A program made the translations under genes and the position numbers. Source: Macrostomum lignano (taxonomy: Eukaryota). Taken from it: DNA of 64,000 nucleotides. Positions 24,947 to 37,986 of the stretch are shown in pieces (within the stretch, counting starts at the first letter, position 1; each line of letters begins with the position of its first letter). The DNA lies in NCBI GenBank assembly GCA_002269645.1, contig NIVC01002416.1, forward strand, positions 8,885 to 72,884. Reading direction: 5' to 3'. The notes under the pieces are model-generated. The model was not told the origin of the DNA. It was given only the letters and a program-made list of their open reading frames with translations, and did no database searches.

Positions 24947-27123
24947 CAGTAGAACTACCAAGGGGGGGGAAATTTCCCCCCCCCTGACAAATTTTTTTGC
25001 TGCGCCGGAACGGAGCAACGCAGACACACAAAATTCAAGAACACGGGCTAACTTTTTGTTGCGCACCTTCTCAAACAAGAATCAAGTCGCCAGCCCTCCG
25101 GACCGTCGAGATATTCGACGATTCTGCCAGAAGCTCTTTTTTTTCTTATAAGCGCTAGTGTATTCAGTACACCCCTGTGCGCCAATCAGCACTGCGCCTC
25201 AGTGCAGCCTTGCCAAGTCTCCAAATTTCATCAGCACGTCGACCACATGTGTCTGCATCAGCTCTGACTTCGTTGGACACTAGCCTTCACCCAGGCGGAG
25301 CTTCTGGACCTTCAACAGGTGGCACCAAGTGACTATGGACACTCTGATACGAATTTCTCGAGTTTCGCTGATCAAGCCTCGACAGTGGGCATACCTCAAC
25401 TGCTAGGTATCCTCAGCTAGTCTCTCGAGCCTTCCATCATCACCCCGACACCGTCGGCACCTTCAACGGATTACACCAGGTGACTATGAACACCCTGATG
25501 CAAATTTCTCTAGTTTCGCTGATCAAGCCTTGCCAATGGGCAAGCCTCAACCGCGAAACATCTTCAGCTAGTCTCTCAAGCATTCAGTCATCACCCCGAC
25601 GCCGTCGGCACCTTCAACAGATGACACCAGGCGACTATGAACACCTTGATGCGAATTTCTCTAGTTTCGCTGATCAAGCCTCGACAGTGAGCAAGCCTCA
25701 ACTTCTGGACACCCTCAGCTAATCTCTCAAGCATTCAGTCATCACTCGGACGCCGTCGGCACCTTCAACAGATGACACCAGGCGACTATGAACACCTTGA
25801 TGCGAACTTCTCGAGTTTCACCGATCAAGCCTCGACAGTAGGCAAGCCTCAACTGCCGGACACCCTCAGCTAGTCTCTCAAGCATTCCGTCATCATCCCG
25901 ACGCCGTCGGCTCCTTCAACAGATTACAACAGGTGACTATGAACATCCTATTGCAAATATGTCAGGTTTTTCTGATCAAGCTTCAATATTGGGCAAACCT
26001 CAACTGCTGGACATCCTCAGCTAGTCAGTCAAGCATTCCGTCATCACCCCGACGCCGTCGGCACCTTCAACAGGTGGCACCAGGGGAGTAATGACACGTG
26101 AGCGTGATTTTTCATCATGCTCTTAACGCCGACGGCGTCGGGATGATGACGGAATGCTTGAGAGACTAGCTGAGGGTGTCCGGCAGTTGAGGCTTGCCTA
26201 CTGTCGAGGCTTGATCGGTGAAACTCGAGAAGTTCGCATCAAGGTGTTCATAGTCGCCTGGTGTCATCTGTTGAAGGTGCCGACGGCGTCCGAGTGATGA
26301 CTGAATGCTTGAGAGATTAGCTGAGGGTGTCCAGAAGTTGAGGCTTGCTCACTGTCGAGGCTTGATCAGCGAAACTAGAGAAATTCGCATCAAGGTGTTC
26401 ATAGTCGCCTGGTGTCATCTGTTGAAGGTGCCGACGGCGTCGGGGTGATGACTGAATGCTTGAGAGACTAGCTGAAGATGTTTCGCGGTTGAGGCTTGCC
26501 CATTGGCAAGGCTTGATCAGCGAAACTAGAGAAATTTGCATCAGGGTGTTCATAGTCACCTGGTGTAATCCGTTGAAGGTGCCGACGGCGTCGGGGTGAT
26601 GATGGAAGGCTCGAGAGACTAGCTGAGGATACCTAGCAGTTGAGGTATGCCCACTGTCGAGGCTTGATCAGCGAAACTCGAGAAATTCGTATCAGAGTGT
26701 CCATAGTCACTTGGTGCCACCTGTTGAAGGTCCAGAAGCTCCGCCTGGGTGAAGGCTAGTGACCAGCGAAGTCAGAGCTGATGCAGACACATGTGGTCGA
26801 CGTGCTGATGAAATTTGGAGACTTGGCAAGGCTGCACTGAGGCGCAGTGCTGATTGGCGCACAGGGGTGTACTGAATACACTAGCGCTTATAAGAAAAAA
26901 AAGAGCTTCTGGCAGAATCGTCGAATATCTCGACGGTCCGGAGGGCTGGCGACTTGATTCTTGTTTGAGAAGGTGCGCAACAAAAAGTTAGCCCGTGTTC
27001 TTGAATTTTGTGTGTCTGCGTTGCTCCGTTCCGGCGCAGCAAAAAAATTTGTCAGGGGGGGGGGGAAATTTCCCCCCCCCTTGGTAGTTCGACGGGCGGA
27101 AAAATGGCTTGGTATTCCTACTG
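24947..27123. mobile_element. Non-autonomous foldback DNA transposon: about 1-kb inverted arms, internal 151-bp tandem units, TTAA target-site duplication
   Basis: TTAA(24943-24946)-CAGTAG...CTACTG-TTAA(27124-27127). Arms 24947-25912 and 26127-27123 are near-perfect reverse complements with scattered mismatches and a 28-bp indel. A shared TTCAAC word marks units at 25311, 25462, 25613, 25764, 25915 and 26066 (151-bp period). Confidence 0.85.
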
Positions 27124-27624
27124 TTAAATGACTATACGCGATTTCGAGCCGCTTAAGCACGCTCTTACTTTTTCAAAAGGCAACGTCAAGAGAGTAGATA
27201 ACTCGCCTAATTCTCATGACCAAATTAATTAGAAAAAGAAAGTTTGATGTCTCCTTTACTTCTCCTCCACTCTGCTTTGATGTCTAACAATGTTTCTTTT
27301 TAATTTCAAATTCCGACAAAGCAACTGTGTATGCTGGAGGATGCACTACGTTAGTGTTTTGCTTGATAATTTACCTTTCGTCTAGTTTTTTGATAATCTG
27401 CTTTTTCTGTTTTCTTATGCTGTTTCGCCGTAACAGAAACAAGAAACTGGCCATGGCCAATCATGTGACAAGGCCGTAGAGACTTAGACAGAGGGATAAA
27501 AGACAAGAGCATCCCATTCCAAGCATCCCATCTACACGATAAGAAAGCCTGTTGAATCGTCAAATCTCCCAGAAAGTCACGCTATGTTCGTTCAGAACTG
27601 ATAGAGCAAATTGTCTTACGAAAG

Positions 27625-30490
27625 ATGCCGGACGTCAACATCAGCTCAAGCCCCAAGGCCAGCAACGCCACGGGTCCCGGGTACAGCAGGCTGTACATCG
27701 CAGTGCGGGCCGTCACCATTCCCGCAGCAGCCACCGGCCTGATGCTCAGCTGCCTGTCGCTGACGCTGCTGGTCTGCAAGTACCTGCGCAACCGGGAGGT
27801 GTTCGACGTCGGCCTCATCCTGATGCAGCTGGCCCACGTCAACTACTGCCTGGCCGCCTGTGGCTACATGCCGTTCGACCTGGCGCTGCTCATGTCGGAG
27901 CACACTCGAGAGGCGTCACTGGCGAACACCTTGTTCGATGTGAGCTGAAGTACATGCACTTTATTAATAGCTTTGAAGTGGATCTGGAATGCTTTTTTGA
28001 TATCGATCGCTGCTTGCATGGATGCGTGCATGCCATAATTATCTAAATTGCAATAATTTGACTTCACCTGCTCACTGTTGGTCTGTTTGAGCGTGAATAT
28101 TGAAGAATATTTTATGACTCATCCGAATCACAGTCGCTATGCAGCCAGGGCGCTCCTCATTGCAGCTCCTTAGTTGATTATCAATTTCTAAGACATTCTA
28201 CTGGGAGGTAAGACTCAATGTCATTAGTCTAATATGAATTCAGTCGATGGAATCAACTTTTTCTTTACCAAATGCGTTTACTACAGAGAAGTTGGCTAAA
28301 ATAAGTAGGCATTACAATTTCATCACATCAGCTACTTGTCTATAAAAACCAGTTTAAAAAGGCTTGATTAAGAAACTTTAAAAAACAGTGAAAAGGGAAT
28401 AGGATAACACGTCGCATGAGTGTTACGACAAACTGATTTACCTAATTCATATGGTACTCATAATTGGATTAGAACAGAAGTTCCCATTCCCGTTTTGCGC
28501 TTTCGTTTGAGTTGTACTTGATGCCGTTGGGTTTCTGCAATTTGAACTGCAGATATCATTCCGATGTAGAGAAAAACTTGGCCCCTTGCCTTTGTGCGCT
28601 GGTTTCCTTTCGTCGGACAGCCTCCTCGCACTCACGACTGAAGGGTCGGGTCAGGGGTTCGATTCTCGACCCACTCCGAACAATCTGTGTCCCTGAGCAA
28701 GACACTCAACTCTGCATTGCTTCAGTTAACCCAGCTGTAAAATGGGTGCCAGCATTAGCTGGGGTAATTGAGGCTGTGTGTGGCGACCCCCCAGTCCTTG
28801 GACTGAACAGCCGTACGCAGCCTTCAGATGCGCCGCGCAATAGCTGCGGCTGAGCTGTCGGTTGCACATCTGTCTCATAAAGTAGTTGTAATCAATAATA
28901 AAAATTATTATTATTATTAATAGAGATATTTTTATTAGTCCCAGGTCGTAGCACAGCAGGGACCTGTACGAGGACCACTAGGAACACTTCTCTAGTAGTC
29001 CTTGGACCTGTAGTGTGCATATAGCATCCATGGCTTGCTCTCGTGTAAGCTATGCAGATTGTGTTAGCGAGTAGAGTCAATGGTAAAATTGCTCAACAAA
29101 CTACTCGTAAACAGTAAAAATTCGTACAAACGAAGAATATTTACCGACGCGTCATTCGGTTTGAAAACGCACAATACTACTAACATATAATACTACTAAC
29201 ATTACATATAATACAAAGTTACAAAACAATGTCAACCATGGTTAGCCTTGCTTCAAAGAACTTAACAGATATTTTTTACGTTTTTTTGCTTGTGCCGACA
29301 GCATCACGTTCTGTAAAAAAGAAGTAATCGAGATTTAATAAATTTTAGATAGCCCTGATTTGCGGAGAGTAGGCTTACAGTGGATGGGATGCACCCTCAG
29401 GGACCTCCAACGCCTCTATCGGAAATGAAAGCTTCATTTTATTAGAGTTCAATTCCTTAGGCTGTTAAATCGCCGGTTAATTGGAACATTAAAATTCAGC
29501 TGCATGCTTTCGAATGGAAACTCAGTTGCATGTCACGCGCCGCGAAAGAGAATTACAAATTTTATGATGGAAAGAAAATGGAAAAAAATTCTGTCAATGG
29601 TCTGAAAGACTCCAGACTATAATTTCAAATCGTCTCAGAAGAAACTCGCGTACAAATCTGTTTGCCCTCAGGTGAGCTACTGCTGGGTGTCGTTCAGCGT
29701 GGCCGTGAAGAACATGTGGACGGCCTGCATCAGCGTGTTCCGCTGTCTGGCCACCTTCAAGCCCATCGGCTTCCGCCGCTGGCTGACGCGCCGCTTCCAG
29801 CTGTGCGGCTTCGGCGTCCTGCTGCTGGTCGCGGCCGCCGCCGGGCCCGGCACCTTCGCCGCGTGGCGTCTGGCGGCCGGCGGCAGCGAGCGGTTCCTGG
29901 TGGACGTGATGCTGCCGCTGACGAGGACGCCTCAGACTTACCTGCCCGTGCCGCTGATCCTGCTGGCCTCCGGCGTCACCGCCGCTCAGCTGGCCGTCGC
30001 CAGGGGCAACCGGCCTGGTGAGACCGCCGACACCTCCGCGAACGTCAACGGAACTGCGAACTCGGAGGCTCGCAGTTGGTGCACGGCCACCCGCATCGTG
30101 CTGGTGCTGGCGATCTCATTCTCCATCTTTGAGCTGCCTGGCGCCATCTTCATCACGTTTGAGATTTACCAGCTGCTTCCGGACTGGATGGTGCCGGTGA
30201 ACGACCTGCTGGTGACCATCGACAGCGCCTGCAGCTTCTTCGTGTTCTACGCGTTCAGCGCCAACTTCCGTCGGCAAGTCTGCCAGCTGCTGGTTGAGCC
30301 CGGAGCTGCTGGCGGTGCGCAGCCTCCCAATAACACTGGAGCTGCCGCTTTGCATCAAAGACGACCTCGCATTTCCAGCAGCCGCATTGGCAGCAGCAGC
30401 GTCTCTGGGGGTGACGGCAGCCGTCAGCAGCTGCTTGATTCGCACGCTTCGGCTCCAATGCAGTTGATGGAGATCCGCCGCTCTGAGTAG
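27625..30490 (+). CDS. Rhodopsin-class (class A) orphan/peptide-type GPCR; 2 exons, about 377 aa
   Basis: Exons 27625-27939 and 29672-30490, phase 0, GT-AG. Seven hydrophobic segments. N-terminal NIS/NAT glycosylation sequons. TM3 end ISVFRCLATFKP (DRY-equivalent), TM6 FSIFELP, TM7/helix 8 DSACSFFVFYAFSANFRRQV. Confidence 0.88.
28600..28925 (+). mobile_element. tRNA-derived SINE in the GPCR intron
   Basis: Pol III B-box GGTTCGATTC at 28656-28665. Central GTCCCTGAGCAAGACACTCAAC...CCCAGCTGTAAAATGGG block typical of conserved-domain SINEs. (ATT)n-rich 3' tail. A-box decayed. Confidence 0.7.
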
Positions 30491-31095
30491 TGTTTGGAAG
30501 AGTCACTTTGGAAGAGTCGCTTTGGAAGAGTTACTTGAGAGAGGCTGGGTGTTGAAGTCATAGATCTTATATTCCCTAGATAAGCCATTCTATAAGATCC
30601 ATGGTTGGAGTTGAGCAGATAATGTCTATGGTCAAGTCTGTCTCCGATGCGCTAATGGGTAGAGAGTTGAGCCATAGACAAAATTTCAGGAGAAGGAGAC
30701 TTGTTCACTTTAATCTGGGGCCATTTACTTAATCTTACAAAGTTTTAGAAGAGATAGGAAGAAATTCCAGACGGACATGAGGATGCGCTCAATGAGCTGA
30801 GAGAGCTTGAACGAAGGCGTCTGTTCTGATTTGCGACTATTTTAAACAAATATTTGCGCCTCTTATTCTTCTACTCTTGTTCTTAAAATAACACGCTAAT
30901 GTACTCTGCCGTTTGCTTCTACCAAATCGTTAATGTTTGTTTACAAAAGTACACTCCTTCATCGAACTGAACACTGCTTGGTATTCAGTTTATCTGTAGT
31001 CTCTGCACCATAGACTATGGAGAATTCGTGACGAAATTTCATTCACTGATTCCCTGAAAAAGTATTGTCAGTTTGGAAAAGTGCTCCGTGCCCAG

Positions 31096-31660
<565 letters not shown>

Positions 31661-31670
31661 CACTCTGAAG

Positions 31671-34526
31671 GATCAAACCGATCAACGGATAGCAACGGTG
31701 CAGGACCCAACACAGCCACCTGCACAGTGGCGGTGGTCATCAAAGACGTCAACCTGTTCACCCCAAGCTGCACATCGAGCACCAAAACTCTCTCAGGCAT
31801 CCGCGAGGACGTCGCCCTGGGCACGGAGCTCTACGCTATTGAGACGGCGTCACCGACCTTCTGCTCCGACGGTGACAAATCGCAGAGCCTGCGCTACGCC
31901 ATGAGCTTTACCTATGCTAACGAAAAAGCCCTTTACCAATCTGGTTGGCATCAAGCACTACTAGGACTAGTTGGTCCTTGGTTGGCATTTGGCTGCTGAG
32001 CGACAATCAATTGGCTGCACCAGTTCTTGAAGATATAGGTTGCAAGGTGACTTTCAGCCTACTTTATTTTTCTTCACAGTGAGAGTAGCTACTGTAGAAT
32101 ATAATTCTTGTGCAAGATATTTTCTTAAAATGCGTGATTGAGCATCCTGCGTACATTCTGTGGTCCCTGACTCTTTTACTTCCTCTGACTCTCTGTCCCT
32201 CTGACTCTCTGTCCCTCTGACCATCTGTCCCTCTGACTCTCTGTCCCTCTGACTCTCTGTCCCTCTGACCATCTGTCCTCTGACTCTCTGTCCCTCTGAC
32301 TCTCTGTCCCTCTGACTCTCTGTCCCTCTGACCATCTGTCCCTCTGACTCTCTGTCCCTCTGACTCTCTGTCCCTCTGACTCTCTGTCCCTCTGACTCTC
32401 TGTCCCTCTGACTCTCTGTCCCTCTGACTCTCTGTCCCTCTGACTCTCTGTCCCTCTGACCATCTGTCCTCTGACTCTCTGTCCCTCTGACTCTCTGTCC
32501 CTCTGACTCTCTGTCCCTCTGACTCTCTGTCCCTCTGACCATCTGTCCTCTGACTCTCTGTCCCTCTGACTCTCTGTCCCTCTGACTCTCTGTCCCTCTG
32601 ACTCTCTGTCCCTCTGACCATCTGTCCTCTGACTCTCTGTCCCTCTGACTCTCTGTCCCTCTGACTCTCTGTCCCTCTGACTCTCTGTCCCTCTGACTCT
32701 CTGTCCCTCTGACTCTCTGTCCCTCTGACTCTCTGTCCCTCTGACTCTCTGTCCCTCTGACTCTCTGTCCCTCTGACTCTCTGTCCCTCTGACTCTCTGT
32801 CCCTCTGACCATCTGTCCTCTGACTCTCTGTCCCTCTGACTCTCTGTCCCTCTGACTCTCTGTCCCTCTGACTCTCTGTCCCTCTGACTCTCTGTCCCTC
32901 TGACCATCTGTCCTCTGACTCTCTGTCCCTCTGACTCTCTGTCCCTCTGACTCTCTGTCCCTCTGACTCTCTGTCCCTCTGACTCTCTGTCCCTCTGACT
33001 CTCTGTCCCTCTGACCATCTGTCCTCTGACTCTCTGTCCCTCTGACCATCTGTCCTCTGACTCTCTGTCCCTCTGACTCTCTGTCCCTCTGACCATCTGT
33101 CCTCTGACTCTCTGTCCCTCTGACTCTCTGTCCCTCTGACCATCTGTCCTCTGACTCTCTGTCCCTCTGACCATCTGTCCCTCTGACTCTCTGTCCCTCT
33201 GACTCTCTGTCCCTCTGACTCTCTGTCCCTCTGACTCTCTGTCCCTCTGACTCTCTGTCCCTCTGACTCTCTGTCCCTCTGACTCTCTGTCCCTCTGACT
33301 CTCTGTCCCTCTGACTCTCTGTCCCTCTGACTCTCTGTCCCTCTGACTCTCTGTCCCTCTGACTCTCTGTCCCTCTGACCATCTGTCCCTCTGACTCTCT
33401 GTCCCTCTGACCATCTGTCCTCTGACTCTCTGTCCCTCTGACTCTCTGTCCCTCTGACTCTCTGTCCCTCTGACTCTCTGTCCCTCTGACCATCTGTCCT
33501 CTGACTCTCTGTCCCTCTGACTCTCTGTCCCTCTGACTCTCTGTCCCTCTGACTCTCTGTCCCTCTGACTCTCTGTCCTCTGACTCTCTGTCCCTCTGAC
33601 TCTCTGTCCCTCTGACTCTCTGTCCCTCTGACTCTCTGTCCCTCTGACTCTCTGTCCCTCTGACTCTCTGTCCCTCTGACTCTCTGTCCCTCTGACTCTC
33701 TGTCCCTCTGACTCTCTGTCCCTCTGACTCTCTGTCCCTCTGACTCTCTGTCCCTCTGACTCTCTGTCCCTCTGACTCTCTGTCCCTCTGACTCTCTGTC
33801 CCTCTGACTCTCTGTCCCTCTGACTCTCTGTCCCTCTGACTCTCTGTCCCTCTGACTCTCTGTCCCTCTGACTCTCTGTCCCTCTGACTCTCTGTCCCTC
33901 TGACTCTCTGTCCCTCTGACTCTCTGTCCCTCTGACTCTCTGTCCTCTGACTCTCTGTCCTCTGACTCTCTGTCCCTCTGACTCTCTGTCCCTCTGACTC
34001 TCTGTCCCTCTGACTCTCTGTCCCTCTGACTCTCTGTCCCTCTGACTCTCTGTCCCTCTGACTCTCTGTCCCTCTGACTCTCTGTCCCTCTGACTCTCTG
34101 TCCCTCTGACTCTCTGTCCCTCTGACTCTCTGTCCCTCTGACTCTCTGTCCCTCTGACTCTCTGTCCCTCTGACTCTCCCCACTGAATTGAATTTATTCT
34201 CTCTGATTCTCCCAACTCAATGGCAGGCGCAGTCTCGGTGGCCTCAGCCCTCGACCGCGAGACTCAGGCTAGTCTCACCCTGACCATCCAAGCCACGGAC
34301 GGCCCGGGCCTGACATCGACAGGCTCCCAGCAGCTGGCCGTCACCCTCACCGACGTCAACGACAATTCGCCGGAGTTCCCAACGGCGCATTTTACCATCG
34401 ACATCTACGAAGGCACAGCGAGCCCCAGCACGCTGATCACCTTCACGAATCCTTCGGTTGTGAAGGATGCTGACATGGGCGCCAATGCTTATGTTAATGT
34501 GTCTCTGGCTAGCGGAGTCAAGCCCC
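31671..34526 (+). CDS. Two internal exons of a cadherin-repeat protein (partial gene)
   Basis: Exon about 31671-31966: STDSNG...[18 protein letters not shown]...IREDVALGT...SDGDK...LRYAM. Exon 34227-34526: [14 protein letters not shown]...IQATDGP...[11 protein letters not shown]...YEG...DADMGAN. These carry the Ca-binding motifs LDRE, ATD, DVNDN.P and DxD. The phase-1 donor at 31966 is weak; start and end of the gene were not found. Confidence 0.8.
32165..34178. repeat. 16-bp pyrimidine-rich minisatellite (GTCCCTCTGACTCTCT) in the cadherin intron
   Basis: More than 120 copies with 15-bp and CCAT variant units; source of the 359-709 aa [11 protein letters not shown] pseudo-ORFs. Confidence 0.98.
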
Positions 34527-34570
34527 GTGAGTTGGGGGTCGAGGTTGGGGAAACGGGACGGCATTTTAAC

Positions 34571-34586
34571 TGAGAGAGAGAGAGAG

Positions 34587-34673
<87 letters not shown>

Positions 34674-34742
34674 GGAGAGAGAGAGAGAGAGAGAAGGGAG
34701 AGAGAGAGGGAGAGAGAGATGGAGAGAGAGAGAGAGAGAGGA
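34571..34742. repeat. (AG)n microsatellite
   Basis: Read directly. Confidence 0.97.
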
Positions 34743-35754
34743 GTATCCCCGTCTGTTAGCTGTCTGCGACAAAGTCATGCATATGCATGAGCTGCAAAAA
34801 TGCTGGTTTGCGTTTGCCTGCTTTCTGTGTTTCTGTGTTATTTTGTTAAAATAAATTTTATTGCGCATTGGAAGCCAAGCAGCCGACCGACTGAGTCGAC
34901 TGAGGGATCTGAGATAGGAGGGGAGCATTTATGACTGAATAACCAGATCAGTGTCTGCATGGCCTCAGTCTCCTGAAGACAGCTTCATCCTGACAATGCC
35001 CCTCTGAGCAAAACCCCTAGTGCCAAAATCCCTCTTCCCAATCGCTCCTCACCCAGCCCAACTCTGCATCGCGTGGCGCAAAGTTGCGTCACTCAAAAGT
35101 CAACAGTGAGCTAGAATTTACTGCGCACTTTACTGTTGTCGAGTACTTGAGTATAATATGCAGCTTAAAAATAATTTGAATTAATTTTTAGCATACTACT
35201 AAAGTAGTTGTAGAAAGTCAACAATCATTATTTATCAGTTTTAAACACTTTTTTTGCAGGGAAAGATAAAAATGTGAAGATATATATTTGTTTGCACAGT
35301 TACAAAATTACGTTTAGTACACAAGGCTTTAGTATCACAGATATATAAGAATTTTAATTGTCACTATAAAAATATAACCATAAGAAACATTCAGTAAACC
35401 CTTCAAAGTTTCGATAACAGAAAGAGGGAAAACATTTTTGAACAATAAATTGAATGACCGAGACAGCGTGACAAGCGGCAGGTCTATTGAATATTTACTT
35501 TTAAATCTAGAGTCAATGACTTCTTCATTGACTTATCAGAAGCAGGGGTTGTCTGCACCCCGGCGCACTTTAAGCGACATTGGCACAAAACCGGCGAGAG
35601 GCATTGCTGCCCATTCCGCCGACTCCCCCCTAAGCAGGCACACAGGCGCGCGGATACGTACGCAGTCATACGCACAGGCACACACTCACACAGGAGTGTA
35701 CAGCGGCCCTAACTTTATTTTATCGTTAGGCATGTACACTTCACAGTTCGTGCC

Positions 35755-36118
35755 TGCATTTCGTGCACGCATATTGATGCGGTGCTGCATTTCGTGCACG
35801 CATATTGATGCAGCATTTCGTGCACGCATATTGATGCGGTACTGCATTTCGTGCACGCATATTGATGCGGTGCTGCATTTCGTGCACGCATATTGATGCG
35901 GTGCTGCATTTCGTGCACGCATATTGATGCGGTGCTGCATTTCATGCACGCATATTGATGCGGTGCTGCATTTCGTGCACGCATATTGATGCGGTGCTGC
36001 ATTTCGTGCACGCATATTGATGCGGTGCTGCATTTCGTGCATGCATATTGATGCGGTGCTGCATTTCGTGCACGCATATTGATGCGGTGCTGCATTTCGT
36101 GCACGCATATTGATGCTC
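35755..36118. repeat. 31-bp minisatellite (GCATTTCGTGCACGCATATTGATGCGGTGCT)
   Basis: About 11 copies; lies in the presumed intron of the small minus-strand secreted protein gene. Confidence 0.95.
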
Positions 36119-36167
36119 TGCTTTCTGCAGAGTGCAGAAGCCGCAAAGCAAAGCCCAGCTCACTCAC

Positions 36168-36440
36168 CCACAGCTGAGGCAGGCTGGAGTCGCTGGCGTG
36201 CCGGCACTTCCTGCAGGCGTCCATCGCTCCCCGATCGCAGGCCAGCAGCGAGCAGGAGCCCGAGGCCGCGTCGAAGCGGACGGCTTCCGCGTTCTCAGCA
36301 GAAGTCACGCAGTGAATGTCGTTGACCGCCAGCTTCACCGCCAGCACCCGGTACTCGGCGAGGTCACCTCGCTGGAGACTCCAGCAGGGCTTCTCGGCAG
36401 CCGCTGCCATGACAGCGCAGATGATGAGCAGAGAAAGCAT
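36168..36440 (-). CDS. First exon of a small secreted Cys-rich protein, PAN/apple-like
   Basis: MLSLLIICAVMAAAAEKP is a signal peptide, followed by C...HCVTSAENAEAVRFDAASGSCSLLAC...C..C, resembling the PAN C-x-C-x-a(F/Y)-x-C pattern. Ends at a strong donor TGG|GTGAGT. A possible last exon starts at 35629 (uncertain). Confidence 0.55.
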
Positions 36441-36899
36441 TGTGCCGTAGGTAGCAGTTAGCTTGGATTCTGCAATTTCTGCTCCGTGTGTTGACATCCC
36501 GGGAGGCTTCGCGCCCGCTTTGATAACTTGAGTTTTTTTATGTAGAACTGCTTGGCAACCACGAGCGCACATGCGGTTGAGGGAAGAAAATTGGGGCGTC
36601 AATTCCCCAGTTCAAGTGCAAAAACAATGAGTGAGAAGCGGTCTTGGAGACTGGAACTCGTCTATTGCGAACCCCCCCCCCCATAGTCATACCCTCCTAT
36701 TGTACGCACACGCAGTCTAGGTGGACACAGCATAATAACGATGGTTATTTTAAAACTAAAACTTGCCCTCTCGCCTAGGGATTATAGGAAAAAATGATTT
36801 TTATAACAACCACGTTAGAATAAAAAAACTTCTATTTCTCTGCCAACACCAGATCTGCAACTCAGCAACGGCTAACCACCCCCCCCACCCAACCCCTAG

Positions 36900-37056
36900 C
36901 TGATGCCGTCACGCTCACCAGCCGGTTGATGAACTCTTGGGGCAGCTGCTGCCAGGCGTTCAGAGCCGCCCGTAGCAGCTGTTCAGCATTCTGCTGAACT
37001 CCCTGCTGAACTCCTCGCTTTACGAAGTCCCGGACATGCTCGATGGGGTTCAAGGC
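36900..37056 (-). mobile_element. Tc1-family transposase C-terminal fragment
   Basis: LNPIEHVRDFVKRGV...AEQLLRAALNAWQQLPQEFINRLVS matches the Tc1 (DD34E) tail SPDLNPIEH.W..LKR.V...L..A....W..I....I..LV.SM. Confidence 0.8.
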
Positions 37057-37574
37057 AGGCTTCGCTCATTTCTGAAGTTGCTGGGTATTTATAACTACCT
37101 GTTAACTCGTTTTGCTCGCCTGGTTCTGTTGTGCACTTGTTGGTTTGTTTTGAAATACCGCAGTTCATCTAGCTTGTAAACTGTACCTGATTCTGGCTAT
37201 GCTTCAGAGACCTTAAACTCTACGATTTAACTCCACTCCACTGTGGTTTAGTGAGATAGACTGAGATAGATAGTGAGATAGATTTGTCATTTTGCTCTTT
37301 ATTTTCTAGCTTGTATCTTTTGCTTAGTTAAATTGAGATAAGTTATAATTTTTAATGGGATTTTGGATAAGTGCAACTCATTATAATGATTATATAAATT
37401 GCTTGAATCTTTGCCTTTATTTGCTATTGATCAGTTGTGAATTTTAAGTCGGAATGTCAGTAATATATTATTTATCTAATTATTATCGTTGCTGAGAATT
37501 ATAACTATGAGTAGTGCTGATAAGAATTATTGTAGTGTATATAATTTCCGAATCTCCGTTATAAGAATAGGCTT

Positions 37575-37986
37575 AGAAGTCTATCGGACTACTTGATGAG
37601 ACTATAGTCTATGGGATTACTCTATGGGAGAATAAGTCTACGAGAATATAATCTATGGGACTAGTTTGAGGGATCATAGTCTACGGGACTATAATCTCTA
37701 TGAATATAGTCTATAGGAATTGTCTATGGCACTAGTGTATTGGACTAGCCTATGGGACTATAATCTATGGGATTATAGTCAGTGACTATAGTCTAAGGGA
37801 GTATAATCTATGGGAGTATAGTCTATGGGAGTATAGTCCATGGGAGTATAGTCCATGGGAGTATCGTCTATGGGAGTATAGTCTATGGGAGTATAGTCTA
37901 TGGGAGTATAGTCTATGGTAGTATAGTCTATGGGAGTATAGTCTATGGTAGTTCAGTCTATGGGAGCGTATAGTCTATGGTAGTGT
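37575..37986. repeat. About 15-bp minisatellite (AGTATAGTCTATGGG), degenerate at its 5' end
   Basis: Read directly; a short continuation reappears at 40288-40335. Confidence 0.9.

Noticed and set aside
24947-27123. Idea that the 1-kb palindrome is a long-read chimera artefact
   Set aside because: The arms differ by substitutions and a 28-bp indel, have a non-palindromic spacer, and are bounded by a TTAA duplication. It still merits read-level confirmation.
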